Origin: an uncultured virus (IMG/VR IMGVR_UViG_3300002162_000001)
Taxonomy: Duplodnaviria > Heunggongvirae > Uroviricota > Caudoviricetes
Reading direction: 5' to 3' (one strand)
IMG/VR virus record: IMGVR_UViG_3300002162_000001
Location: 62,001 to 121,966 of that record
DNA: 59,966 nt
The notes below the pieces were generated by a model. The model was given only the letters and a program-made list of their open reading frames with translations, did no database searches and was not told the origin of the DNA. The position numbers and the translations under genes are program-made. Positions 40,609 to 53,043 of this stretch are shown in pieces (the stretch's first letter is position 1; each line of letters opens with the position of its first letter).

Positions 40609-41658
40609 ATGAAAAAAGAAAGAATAGCAACCAGAACCGACGAGAAATTTTGGGAAGAAGTTCAGAAGCATTGGAATTACGAAAAGAATGAAAAGAATTG
40701 GAGTGAATATACAAGAGGGAGTAAAGATTTTATATATTTAAATTGCGAAAACGTAACATATCACGTTTATAAAATCAGATGTTGTTCTTTTGATGCTGGA
40801 GCTAGATGTAATTATTGTAGTGCAAGCGGCAAGACACACCCATTAGATAGCTTTGCACAATGGGGAATTGATAATATCTGTGAAGACTTCCTTGAAAAAT
40901 ACTGGGATTCAAGTAATGTGATAGATCCATTTAAATTAAGGCCTGGCTCAGATAAAAAGATTTCTATAATATGTCAAGAAAAAAGTTACCATGGAAATTA
41001 CGATATTGCGACTAAATCTTTTCACGAAGGATGTCGATGTGGTTGTTGTAATATGCAAAGTGGAAAGGTTCATCCTCTCGATAGTATCGGAACTTTATTC
41101 CCTCAAGTATCCTTGATATGGTCTGATAAAAACATAAAAAGTGAGTTTGAATATGCTCCAAGAAGTACAAAGAAGGTTTGGTTTAAATGTCCCTGTGGGA
41201 AACATAAAGATTATCCTAAAACTCCAGATAAAGCAGGAAGAGATGAGTTTAGGTGCCCAGAATGTACAAGAGAAAGAACAGAAAGTATCCTTCAAGAAAA
41301 AACAAGATTATATTTAGGGGAACTGGGTTATAAATTAAATCACGAACATAATTGTACTATCCTTCCTAGAAACCCTAAAAATCTTTATATACTTCCATTT
41401 GATAATGAGGTTATAGATTTAAAACTGGTTATAGAAGTTATGGGCTTACAGCATTACAGGTCAGATTACACATGGGGAATTATTGAAAACAAAGAAGCAG
41501 ATTTTCATAAACGTCAGTTATATGATAGATACAAGAGGATGTATGCTAAGACGCAAGGCTATTCTTATTTAGCAATTCCATATTGGACGGATAATGCAAC
41601 AGAAGATTATAAGAAATTAATCGATAATAAAATTCTCATATTAAATAATATTGTATAA
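40609..41658 (+). CDS. free-standing homing-endonuclease-like protein (Zn-ribbon repeats plus PD-(D/E)xK nuclease)
   Basis: Repeated W..KN...S.KK...C motifs; LPFDNEV...IEVMGLQHY; own promoter TTTCAT-17-TATAAT near 40460-40488. Confidence 0.75.
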   Translation: MKKERIATRTDEKFWEEVQKHWNYEKNEKNWSEYTRGSKDFIYLNCENVTYHVYKIRCCSFDAGARCNYCSASGKTHPLDSFAQWGIDNICEDFLEKYWDSSNVIDPFKLRPGSDKKISIICQEKSYHGNYDIATKSFHEGCRCGCCNMQSGKVHPLDSIGTLFPQVSLIWSDKNIKSEFEYAPRSTKKVWFKCPCGKHKDYPKTPDKAGRDEFRCPECTRERTESILQEKTRLYLGELGYKLNHEHNCTILPRNPKNLYILPFDNEVIDLKLVIEVMGLQHYRSDYTWGIIENKEADFHKRQLYDRYKRMYAKTQGYSYLAIPYWTDNATEDYKKLIDNKILILNNIV

Positions 41659-41717
41659 AGCTAAGAGTAGAAGTTGTCTGCTCTTTTTATTTTTAGAAAG
41701 AAAGGGAGTTATTAATA

Positions 41718-44700
41718 ATGGCAATAGGACAAAATCAAAAATTAATAGGACAATTATCTTTGGGACTTACCACTTTGAAAACAGACATTCAAGAAGCCAA
41801 TAAAATATTAGCATCAATAAATGTTAAGAAATTAAATTTGGATATTATAGATAGTACAACAAAAACTAAATTACTAGAAACTACAAAATTAATAAAAAAA
41901 GAAATAGAAGGTATGGCTATTGGAGTTGATTCTTCTAAATTAAAATCTTCAATAGACTCAATGTTGAAATCATTTAATTCTATTCAAATTAAAGCAAAAG
42001 AAATGACACCAGTTATAACTCAGACTTTTAACGATATAGGAACAAAAGCTCTTGAAAGTGCTAAAAATCAAGAAATAGCATCTAATAAGATGTCTACTTC
42101 CTATGATAAATCTGGTAAGAAAGTAGTTGAAAATTTAAAAGCTATCTTTGACGCTCAAGGGAAATTAGAGGGATACAACCCCACTAGCAAAGTAACTACA
42201 GATGACGCTTCGGCTAAATTAACTAAAATATCAACAGCTTATAAAAACCTATCAGCAGACCAAAAGGCAAATGTTAATGTTATGAACGGAATGGAGACAG
42301 AAGTAAATAAGGTTATTGAAAAATATGGATTACAGGGGAAGGCCTTAGATTCTGCCACAACTCAAGGAACGAAATACAGAACAGAAGCAGATAAAATTAC
42401 AGCGGCTCAAATAAAACAAACTGAAGCTACTGATAAAGCTTTCGCATCTTCAAATAAAAAGGTACAAGCAGAAGTTACCAAACAGGGAAATGCCAGTGCA
42501 GCCATAAATAATAAAGATTTAGAAACTCAATATAAAGACAATTTAAGCCTGGCTGAAGCTATGGGAAGAGTTCATACTCAGTCTAATATAAATATTCAAG
42601 ATAGAGCAAAAGCTTTAAGTGGACAACAAACAGCAACTCTTCAACAAGAAGCTAAGGAAGAAGCTTTAATTGGAGATGCTATTGCTAAAACGACTCGTGC
42701 AAGAGAAACTGAAAGATTGGCACAAGGTAAGACCGATGCAGCTATAAATAATAAAAATCTTGAATCTGAATATGCAGCTAGAGTTAAATTGGCAGCGTCT
42801 ACTGAAAAACAGTCCTTAGCTGAATTGAAGTTATATACACAGGAAAAAAGTCAAACGTCTCAATATAATCAAATGTCAAAACAATTAGCGCAAATAAGTG
42901 GGGAAGCTAATCTAGCAATGTCAAGTAGTAATGCCGGATCTTCTATGACAGATAGATTTAAGGTGTCCGGAGTTTACGCTGCTGCGGCTGCTGGAATCTA
43001 CGCGTTGAGATCGGCTGTCAAGGACATGATTCAGACAAATATTGATTTTGAAGTTGGCCTAAATGAGCTCTCAAGAATACTCAATGTTACTGGACAACAA
43101 CTAGCTGATTTTGGTAAAAATCAAATACAAATAGCTAAGGATATGGGTGAACCACTTGCTCAGGTACAAAGCGCCTATTCTAGTTTAGCTGCTGCCGGAG
43201 TTCAAAATACAGCCGAGTTAAATTCTATGGCTCGAACAGTTACTATGGCTTTAAATACGAGTACTATAAAAGATGCAGCTACTGCCTCAGATTTGCTTAC
43301 TACGTCCATGAAGCAAATGAATATTCCTTTTTCTGAATCTGAAAAAGTATTGGATCAATGGAATTATTTAGCTGATAAATCAGTAGCCACCACCGAAGAC
43401 TTTGCGCAGGCCACATCAAAAGCTGGACTAACAAGCCTTAGTATGGGTGTAGACATTTCACACTTGAATGCTATGGTAGCAACGCTTGCGGACTCCACAG
43501 GTGCAAGTGGTACACAAATCGGTGACGCATTAAAATCTGTAGAGTCACGTTTACTTAGACCTGAAACATTAGCTGTATTAGAAAAATACGGAATTAATGT
43601 GATGAAAGATGCTACTCATTTTAAAGATTTCGGTGCAATTATTACAGATGTTTCTACACAATTAGATAAATTTGGAGATAATACAATTCAAAGTACAGAA
43701 ATTCTTGATACGCTTGGGGGTAACATAATAATTTATTTAAAAGACTATATAGTTATCAATATAATTTTTTAAATAAATTATTTAGCCCCGTCTATATAGT
43801 AATATGTGGATGTTTCAGGTTAAATGCAGGTAATTCCCAAAGCCTTACACCAAAACAGAATAGCTAATAGCTATATATGGCAACGGTACGAAAGTAGAAA
43901 AAACGTAAGGATGGTCTATGCTGAAATAAAAGCCTAATAAATTAGGTGCTAAGGACTAGTTATAATAAATAACAAACGGATGTTCATGCAGCGAATCCTC
44001 GAATAGAGGAACGTTCAACGACTATCTCCTAACGGGAGAGTAAAACCGCAAGCGATTGGCGGAGGAAAAATCTGACTCCTTAGAAATGAGGATGAGCAAA
44101 TAGTCTCCACTACATATGAAAATATGTGGCAATTAGAGAAATCGAAATTGCTTTTATGAAGTAGCGTTCATAAGAAAAGATATTGGTACAATGCGTAAGA
44201 ACTGGGTAAATTTGTTAGCTAAGAATTATGATAAGGTTGATACAACCGCAGCTACTGCATCTGTAGATTCCATTGGTTACTCGGCTGAAAAGTCAAGCAA
44301 AACTATGGAGACTTTGGATAAAAAGATTATAGGATTTAATAATACGATAAAGGAAATGTATATTTCGACCGGAGATTCTGGACTCTCTCAACAATTAAAA
44401 GGTTTTGTAGAAATAGGAACAGTCCTTGCGAAAGTTGGAGCATGGGCTGCACCATTCTTATTAACTCTTGGAGAAGTTTCTTTGGCTCTTGCTGGTATAT
44501 CTGCAACTATGAAGATCATAAAAGCACAAAGCTTAACTCAATCACTTGATAAATTGAACCTATCAGGACTTCAAATGGCAGCAGATTTGGGTGGTATGAA
44601 AGGAGTTTCCTTTAATGCGGGCACTACATCAGCTACGGTCTACGATGCTGCTGTAAGGTCTCTACAGAAGGATATTATGGCTAAAAATATAACAGAAGAA

Positions 44701-47700
44701 CAGTCTGTCGCTATACTGAGTGCGGTATCTAGTAAGATGGGGTTATCTTCAATGAATACAAATACATTAGCAGCAGCTCAAAGTGCATTAAAAGCTAAAG
44801 TGGATGCTGGAGTTATAACCCAAGAAGTTATGAACGCTAGAATGGATGAATTAACCTTGAGTACGGCTGGCGCAACATTAGCAGCAAATGAAAAAGCTTC
44901 AGCAGACGCCGCGTTAAACGAAATGCAAGTTGTAACCGCAGCCAGTGCCAAAGGGTTGCAGCTTGCTATGGTAGGTTTAACCCTTGGAATAACTGCAATA
45001 CTTATGATAGGAATTCCGTTGATACAATGGATGACTCAAGCCGATGAAAGACAACAGAAATTATTATCAAATGGAGCAGATTTAGCTAAGAAATATCAAG
45101 AAGAGTCAAAGTCTATTTCTGACTTGGTCACTTCGTATCAAGAGTTATCAGCTTCGGGAGCTACAGATAGCGAAACTAAAAAACAACTGTTGGACATACA
45201 GACAAAATTGATATCTAGTTATGGTGGTGAGGCCGATGGGCTAGATTTAGTTAATGGTAAATATAAGGAACAAATTAAAATATTACAAGACGCTTCTAAA
45301 GAAAAAGCCGCTGATTATGTTAGAAGCTATCAAAAAGAATTTAACAATGCCAATAATGTACTCAAAAATACAGATGCTACCGCCATAACTACATCCGCAG
45401 AAAGCAAATCAAATCCCACTGATGTCACTGAATTAGAAAAAATAATCAGAGCTACTAAGGGAGTAGAACAAGTTGCAGGACAAGTTTACGGTGTAAACGG
45501 AGACCTTCAAACAAGGGTAAACATTTTAAAATCCATACTAGATGAATCTGACAAAATTAAAAATAAATCAGAAGATCAAAAAACTGTTATAGGACTCATC
45601 TCTGGTAATTATCACAAACTCAATGATGAATTAACGGGAGCTAAAAGCACAACTGATCAAATGTTTTCAGCGCAACTTGTTAGTGAATATTCGGACAAGC
45701 TTGGAGAAATTACTAAAGCAGCTACTAATTATGAGAAAGCAACTGCAACGGGCAATACTAAAGACATACAAACATCAGAGGCTGATATTACAAAGTTATC
45801 TACTGCAATGAATAATACGCTTTCCCAAAGTCCAGAATTAAAACAAGCTTTTCAAGACTGGGTTACAGGACTAAATCTTACCTCTAAGGCATCCAAGGAA
45901 GTTACCACTGAAATAGGTCTTTCAAAAGATGCATTGGCTACACTTACTACAGCCTTCGACACCTCTGTATCATCTATCTCCTCGTATAACAAACTCATGG
46001 AGGATTATAAAACAAATGGTAAGTTCTCAGCAGAATCCGTTCAAGAAATAATTGATAAACATCAAGACCTTGCTGGATATCTACAAGATGAACCTATGCT
46101 TTATATGAAAATGTCAGAAGCTTTAGAAACAGAAAAAAATACAGCGAATTCTACTTATGGACAAATGATGGCTTCTAACGATGCGTATTATTCTAATAAT
46201 ATTAAAGGAACTGACAAAGTTAAAAAAGCTCTAGGAGAATATTATAATACCTTATCTGATGATCAAAAAACCGATTTAGAAAATAGTAAGAATCTTGCAG
46301 AAGCTAAATTAAAAATCGAGAAATCTATGGTAGAAACTTTGGCGGCATTATGGAGTAGTTACTACACCGCTGAAACCGAAGCTTTATATAATGTACCGGA
46401 GTATCAACAACAAGATGCCGTTAAGAATGACTCAGCTACGTCAGAAATACAAAAGAAAATTGATGCTTTAAATGCTGTCACAACAAATTTTGATAATATT
46501 TCCGCTAATATAACAGCTCCTGGAATAGACAAGGCTGGTGCAAGTACGAAAGCTGATACTTCAGCTACAGATGCATTAACAGCAGCTACAAAGAAAGCTA
46601 CAGCAGAATCAAAAGTTTATGAAGATGCTTTAAAATCACTAGATGATACTATGAAAGCTAATGAAAATACCCTAACAAATGCAGCGCATGGAACTCAGGA
46701 GTATATTGACGGATTGACTAAAAAGGCAGCACTTATTACTCAAGAAATTGCTTTAAATAAACAGTCAATTATTGTAAATACTGCAAACGCAAAGAGTTTA
46801 GCATTATTAGCTGATGCGGCAGCTAAGGCCTCTGGAAGTACTTCGGGAGGAGGTTCCAGTAGTGGATCAAGTGGAAGTTATAGTGGAAAGTATTCATCGT
46901 GGATAAATGATGCAGCTTCTCAGAATGGTCTTTCTCCAGCATTAATTGCCGGAATAATACAGACAGAATCAAGCTTTAATCCAAATTCGGTAAACTCTAA
47001 ATCTGGTGCTACAGGCCTTGGACAATTCCTTGCTAGTACTGCAAAAGAAATTGGACTTAAAGATAGAACAGATCCTCAAAGTTCAATATATGCTTTAGCT
47101 TCATATTTAAAGACAAGAATAAATCAAGCTGGTTCTACAAACGGTGGAATTATGGGATATGGAGAAGGAACCCAAGATTATTTAAATAAGGTTCTTTCAA
47201 ACGCTTCTAGCTTTGGATATTCGGGCGGCTCAAGTTCCGGTTCATCATCTGGTGGATTATCTATCTCAGAAATTCAGAAAATAGTTGGAGCAAATGTCGA
47301 TGGAATTATGGGGGCTCAAACTAAGGCTGCAATTAAAGCTTGGCAGAAGGCTCATGGACTTACAGCTGATGGAATTGTAGGAGTCCAAACTACTGCCGCT
47401 ATGGGTGGAGGTTCTAGTTTAGGTGGTTCTACTGGAAGTGTAGATACTTCTGGTGCTGATGGATTAATGTCTAAGGTAGAAGAAGCTACAGCTAAAATAG
47501 CAGACCTTCAACAACAACTGTTGGAAATTCCTTACTTGAAATTTGAAGATCATTTAACCGGATATGATAATAGAGTTGCTATAATCACAAATAAATTATC
47601 TATTCTAAAAAATGATATGGAACTTTCCACTAGTGGTGTTGACCAGGCTAATATCTCTATGCAAATAACAGCTAGTCTTAAAGAAGAAGTTGCGATTGCC

Positions 47701-48879
47701 AAAGAAAAAGAAGCTTATATCAATCAAGAAATTGCCAGTAGAACTTATACAGCTGCACAAGTGGCTGATATGAATACTAAGCTTCTTGATGTGAAAGAAA
47801 CTGAATCTTCTATTACCTTAGAAATCAAACAACAAGCAGATGCACAAATTGCAGTTGTTACTTCAGCGGAATCAAAAGTTATGGAAATATTGAGGAAAAC
47901 CAATGAGGAACGTAAAAAACTTATTACCGATCGTTATGATCTTGAGAATAAGAAACTTGACGAATTACAAGCTAAATATTCTGCTGACAATACAACAGAT
48001 GATTATAATAAGAATCTAGGGAAAGAACAGGCAGCTATGAACGCCATAGATGCTTCAATTACTTCTGCTCAAAGAGATAAATCATCTGCTAGTGGTCAAG
48101 CTAGATTAGCTCAATTGATGTTAGACAAGAAAGCAGAGCAAGATAAAATTGATGAGATGACTTTAGCCAGAGGAAGGGATATTAATAATGCGGCCTTTGA
48201 TAAGGCTAAAACAGATTTGGCTGCGAAACAAGCGGCTGAATTAGCTGCCAATGACGCAACCTATTCTGATGAAGAAATTACTAAGATGGCCAAAGACGCT
48301 GTTTTGAGTGGCTTAATTCGTGATGTAGAAGGTAATGTGATAACTCTTTCAGCAGCTTACACAGACTTTGAAAATCGTTTTGGTTCTGGTATGAGTGCTA
48401 TGGGACAATCTGTAAAGGATAATCTTATAGCATCTCTTACAGAAGCACAAGCGTTGATAACAGCTATGCAAGCTAACGGTACTATTAATCTAAGTGCAAA
48501 TGTACCAGTTCAGGGATCTCATGCTAAGGGCGGTATAATCGACTATACAGGCTTAGGATATTTGCATGGTTCTAAGGAAAATCCTGAAGTAGCTTTTAAT
48601 GGTAAGCAAGCTGTAAATTTACTTAATAGCATGGCAACTACACAGATGTCTTTGCCTAATTATCAACTACCAAATCTTAGTTTCCCTTCGATGAATATGC
48701 CAAATGCAAATAGCTCTAATGGTAGTTCATCACCTGTTATACATTTTGATCAACCTCTTGTATTAGTACAAGGTAATGCTGATCAGAATACAGTACGAGA
48801 CTTAGAAAAACTGGGTACTAAATGGAAAGGTGAAATTACAAAATCTATCATGGATGGTATAGGATATTCAAATCAATAA
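41718..48879 (+). CDS. tape measure protein with lytic transglycosylase and PG-binding domains, split by a group I intron (predicted exons 41718-43719, 44186-48879)
   Basis: TMP core (GTQIGDALKS); SLT motifs IIQTESSFNP/GLGQF; LTADGIVG; the two ORFs join in frame across the intron. Confidence 0.9.
43720..44185 (+). mobile_element. group I self-splicing intron, no ORF
   Basis: P TAAATGCAGG 43821, Q CATGCAGC 43985, R GTTCAACGACTA 44013, S AAATAGTCT 44098; P7 GACTA/TAGTC; P3 TCAGGTT/AATCTGA; IGS GCCCC 43785; boundaries uncertain by a few nt. Confidence 0.9.
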
Positions 48880-48897
48880 TATAAAACACGTCTTTTA

Positions 48898-48927
48898 AGA
48901 GGAGGAATAAACACCCTCCTCTTTTTA
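48898..48927 (+). terminator. intrinsic terminator after TMP
   Basis: AGAGGAGG...CCTCCTCT then T run. Confidence 0.7.
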
Positions 48928-48983
48928 TTATGGAAATAATTAAGAAATTCATATAGATATCAAAATTTAAGGAGGTAGTTATA

Positions 48984-49772
48984 TTGAGCTTTTTGTCTAC
49001 GGACTTTACATTTAATAATACAAGTTCAGAAGAAATGGGAGTACATCTTATTCGTGTCGGTGAAGATACCACTACTCAGTCGCTCTCCTCAGCTAAAGTT
49101 TTATCTCGGGACCATGTGAAATTTAAAGGTAATTTTTACCAAGGAGCCGATACTAGTTTTTATACTTTATCAATGAAAATTATGAAAATAGATGAGGAAG
49201 AACCATTTACCCCAGAAGATAGAATGGAGTTACTTCGTCTTATAGCACCTGATAATGAGTTTCATATATTTACAGTCGAGGAGGATTTTCCGGGTTTAGA
49301 ATTTATTATCCAGTTCACAAAAATCCAGTTTGTTACAAACCCAACTGGACAAGGCTACTATGAGCTGGAGGCTGAAAGTAACCATAGTTTTCCGTTCTCT
49401 CAGTTAGAGACCATAGAATATGATTTATCAGATAATACTGGGACAACTATTATAGAGTTGCCAAATAATTGTAATACTGATTCATACTTTACTCCTAATG
49501 TTTTTCAGTTTACCTTAGTCGGAAATGCCACAGGAATTTCAATAAAGAATTTGACCAATTCAGGAAATACTCTGAGTTTTAATAATTTACCTTTACTTGA
49601 GACTGTAGCTATAAATAGTAGACAGGAAATTGTTACAGAAAGTGGTATAGAAGCTATATCTAAATTTAACTTTGGATACAGTGCTTTAAGTATGGCATAT
49701 GGTCTTAACAGATTAGAAATCACAGGAGCTTGTATAATTCAATTCCAATTACAATACCCAATACAAATATAA
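48984..49772 (+). CDS. distal tail (Dit-like) protein
   Basis: FTFNNTSSEEMG start, GLNRLEITG end; follows TMP. Confidence 0.8.
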   Translation: MSFLSTDFTFNNTSSEEMGVHLIRVGEDTTTQSLSSAKVLSRDHVKFKGNFYQGADTSFYTLSMKIMKIDEEEPFTPEDRMELLRLIAPDNEFHIFTVEEDFPGLEFIIQFTKIQFVTNPTGQGYYELEAESNHSFPFSQLETIEYDLSDNTGTTIIELPNNCNTDSYFTPNVFQFTLVGNATGISIKNLTNSGNTLSFNNLPLLETVAINSRQEIVTESGIEAISKFNFGYSALSMAYGLNRLEITGACIIQFQLQYPIQI

Positions 49773-49788
49773 TGAAAGGAAGTAAGGT

Positions 49789-52635
49789 ATGAGCACATTA
49801 TTTGATAATATTTTAAATGAGAAATATGATTTTACATTGGTACAAACATATAAAAGCAGATCCCCAATAAATATACTAAGTACAGCATTTGATAGAACTA
49901 TTGATCCAAATATTGACACAGTACACTCTCTTAAATTTACTTTACCCTTTTATATAGAAGACTCTATCACTCATATAAAAATACAGAATCCACAATATCA
50001 ATCCATTCAAACGGAAAATCTAGTTTTATTAAAAGCCGGAGATCCTATGAATCCTGTATTCCAAGAATATTATGTCATTAAAACCCTTAGTGAAAGTAGT
50101 GATGGGTTAAAAATGACAGTTGATTGTAAAAGTTTAGAGTCAAATTTGGATGGAAGTATTATTACTATTGATGGAATTGAAAGAGAGCTAGTTAATAATA
50201 TAGATAATAATGGAATACTTAACCTTGTAGAAGCTCAAACTTCTTGGAAAATTGGATATGTAGATCCTGCTTGTTTAATTGATATAATAAATGGAGGTAC
50301 AGCACCCCGAGTTCGTTGGATAGACGCCCTCTCTAAATCTATACTTAAATTCCTTCATGATGATATTTGTCCAGCTTATAATATTATAATACTTTATGAT
50401 ACGTTTAATAAATTGATAAACGTTTATGATTTGGATAATTATGGTACTCACACTGGGATAATTTTAACTGAAGAAAATTATGTAAAAGATTTAACTAAGA
50501 CTACAGAGGGCATTGCTGTTTGTACTTGTTTAGAAGTCAGTGGAAAAGATCAGATGCAAATTGCCACCTTGACATTAGATGGTACTAATCGTATAACAAA
50601 TTATGATTATTATATTGCAAGTGGTCAGTTAAGCCCTGAATTAGTATCAGCTTTAACAAATTATAATGCCTTACTGGCTGTTAAAAATACTGAATTTAAT
50701 ATATTGAAAACTCAATTAGACGCTATAAATGCTAGTCTTGTTATTAAAAGTTCCGAATTAGATGCTCTCACAGCGTTGCAGAAGAGTTTAGATGGAATAC
50801 AGGCTAGTTATATGTCAACTACTCCACCAGATAATGTAAATCTAACAATTCAAACACCTCTTTGCAATGCTAATCGAGTGGCTACTACAGCTAAGAATGC
50901 AGAAATTGCTTCGTTAAATGCTCAAGTAGTTGCAATTAATATACCAATATCTCAAATAGGAACAGATATATTTAAACCTACTGCGAAGATTATCGGTACA
51001 AGTACATTAATATTTAATGCTGATTTACTTCAGGAATTAGATTCTTGGACTATCGTACAACCCTGGTCAAGTGATGTTTATGTAACACCAGAATTATTAA
51101 AAGTTGCTGCAGAGAAAGTATTAGCTATATATAATCAGCCTGTGGTTCAACAAAGTATGGGACTAATTGATTTCTTTGCTGATAAAAATGCTCAAAATTA
51201 CTGGGGCAAAATAAAATTAGGAGATTTTGTTAGATCGTATTCTGAGAAACTGAAAATTAATGTTGATGTGAGAATTGTAAGTTATAGTTATAATATCGAT
51301 ACTAATGCTTTGACAATTGTTTTTAGTAATAAAGATAAGAAATTAGATAATGCTAAGTCCATAGGTACAAGTATTACAAAAGCTTTGAACTCAGCTAAAT
51401 ATTTAAACACTAAGAGATTATCTTGGGATAATATTGAAGGTACTAAAAATGCAGTGGACACATATCTTTCAAACGCTTTAAATTGCTCTGCACAAGATAT
51501 TGTAGCTCTAGCTGGAAGAAATAAAATAACTATTACAGAAAACGGAATTTTCATCGTTGAGAAGGGCAATGAGGATAATGGAATCGCGATATTAGCTGGT
51601 AGTTTGTACATAACTCATACGGGATTTTTGACTGTTGATACAGCAATAAATAGCGATGGTATAACTGCCAATCTGATTATTGGTAAATTATTAGCAGGAG
51701 ATAAACTTGTAATTACAAATGAAAATGGTTCTGTAGTAATTAATGGAACTTCTATTACTATCAAGGATGAAAATAATACTGTAGTTCTATCAGCTAAAGG
51801 TGTTGTAAATAGAGATAACTTTGGTTTCGTTGATAATGTAGATGATTCTCATCCAATGAATATAAGTTTTTATATTGATGATAACGTAAATGTAATAAGT
51901 GAAGTATTATTAAAATTAAGCGTAGAAGATTATAGAGCATATGAAAAAGGAGCTAGTACAGTCAGTGCAACATCTGCTACTTCAGGTGCGAGCAGTAATG
52001 AAACTAGTGGAGCAAGTAGCAATGAGACTAGTGGGGCAAGCTCTAATTCAACATCAGGAGCCAGTAGCAATTCAACTAGCGGATCTAGTTCTTCAGAAGT
52101 TACAGGAGGTGGCGGATATCAAGATGGAAGTGCTTTGACTAATAATACGGTTGAACCTGTTTGGGAGGGAGGAGTAACAAATACTAGCACAGCTTATCCA
52201 GCAGATTTTGGTTCAGATGGTAAGACACATGGGCACACCGTTCTCAAAAGTGGATTATCTCATTATCATTTATTTGGTATCACCTTAGCGGATCATACTC
52301 ATAATATTGCACATACTCATCAAAATGCACATACTCATCAAAATGCACATACTCATCAAAATGCACATACTCATCAAAACGTGCACACTCACTCAATAGA
52401 AATACTTGGACATACCCATAGCTTGATTTATGGAATCTTCACGACTCCCTTAACATTGGGTATTATGAAAATATATGTAGATGGAGTTTGGGCTATGGAC
52501 TGTATAAACATACAATCCATCATGAGTTTGCAACAATGGGTTGATGTAAAGGGGTGGCATACGATCTCTATTACTAGTCCTAATTTAAATAGATTTTCTT
52601 GTTCCCTATCTATTAAAACTTATATAGGTGCATAA
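49789..52635 (+). CDS. Tal/baseplate hub-spike protein with His-rich tip
   Basis: Follows Dit; DGITANLI region; C-terminal HxH repeats. Confidence 0.75.
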   Translation: MSTLFDNILNEKYDFTLVQTYKSRSPINILSTAFDRTIDPNIDTVHSLKFTLPFYIEDSITHIKIQNPQYQSIQTENLVLLKAGDPMNPVFQEYYVIKTLSESSDGLKMTVDCKSLESNLDGSIITIDGIERELVNNIDNNGILNLVEAQTSWKIGYVDPACLIDIINGGTAPRVRWIDALSKSILKFLHDDICPAYNIIILYDTFNKLINVYDLDNYGTHTGIILTEENYVKDLTKTTEGIAVCTCLEVSGKDQMQIATLTLDGTNRITNYDYYIASGQLSPELVSALTNYNALLAVKNTEFNILKTQLDAINASLVIKSSELDALTALQKSLDGIQASYMSTTPPDNVNLTIQTPLCNANRVATTAKNAEIASLNAQVVAINIPISQIGTDIFKPTAKIIGTSTLIFNADLLQELDSWTIVQPWSSDVYVTPELLKVAAEKVLAIYNQPVVQQSMGLIDFFADKNAQNYWGKIKLGDFVRSYSEKLKINVDVRIVSYSYNIDTNALTIVFSNKDKKLDNAKSIGTSITKALNSAKYLNTKRLSWDNIEGTKNAVDTYLSNALNCSAQDIVALAGRNKITITENGIFIVEKGNEDNGIAILAGSLYITHTGFLTVDTAINSDGITANLIIGKLLAGDKLVITNENGSVVINGTSITIKDENNTVVLSAKGVVNRDNFGFVDNVDDSHPMNISFYIDDNVNVISEVLLKLSVEDYRAYEKGASTVSATSATSGASSNETSGASSNETSGASSNSTSGASSNSTSGSSSSEVTGGGGYQDGSALTNNTVEPVWEGGVTNTSTAYPADFGSDGKTHGHTVLKSGLSHYHLFGITLADHTHNIAHTHQNAHTHQNAHTHQNAHTHQNVHTHSIEILGHTHSLIYGIFTTPLTLGIMKIYVDGVWAMDCINIQSIMSLQQWVDVKGWHTISITSPNLNRFSCSLSIKTYIGA
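52309..52380 (+). repeat. 18-bp tandem repeat x4 encoding AHTHQN
   Basis: GCACATACTCATCAAAAT x3 plus ...AAAC. Confidence 0.95.
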
Positions 52636-52659
52636 TATAAAAGATTAAGGAGGTACAAT

Positions 52660-52962
52660 ATGGCATTCGGAATAGGTATAAAAACTCAATTTGGAATTAC
52701 AGCGAACTACTGGAAAATAGCTAAAGTAGAGAAATCTAAAATTAGTAAAAATGCATATATAGTTCTTAATGGATATGAATCGAAAGAAACAAAAGATTAC
52801 GCCAATCTCGAACCTAGATTTATTAATATATATCCTAAAGATTTTGATGAGGTATTTGGATTAGAGAAAATCAACAAAGAGGGTATGAACGAAGATAAAA
52901 GTATATATGAGTTTATCAAAAATAACTGTGAAGAGTTTGAGAAGGCTGAATTTATTGATTAA
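52660..52962 (+). CDS. small tail-associated protein
   Basis: GITANYWKI; AAGGAGG RBS. Confidence 0.65.
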   Translation: MAFGIGIKTQFGITANYWKIAKVEKSKISKNAYIVLNGYESKETKDYANLEPRFINIYPKDFDEVFGLEKINKEGMNEDKSIYEFIKNNCEEFEKAEFID

Positions 52963-53043
52963 AAATAAGTAAAATATGTTGAATTCTTTTATTATTTGGA
53001 ATATAATAGAAATAAAATATACAAAATTAAAAGGAGCTTTATT

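Noticed and set aside
52309..52380. CRISPR array
   Set aside because: No spacers; in-frame coding tandem repeat. No CRISPR array seen in the window
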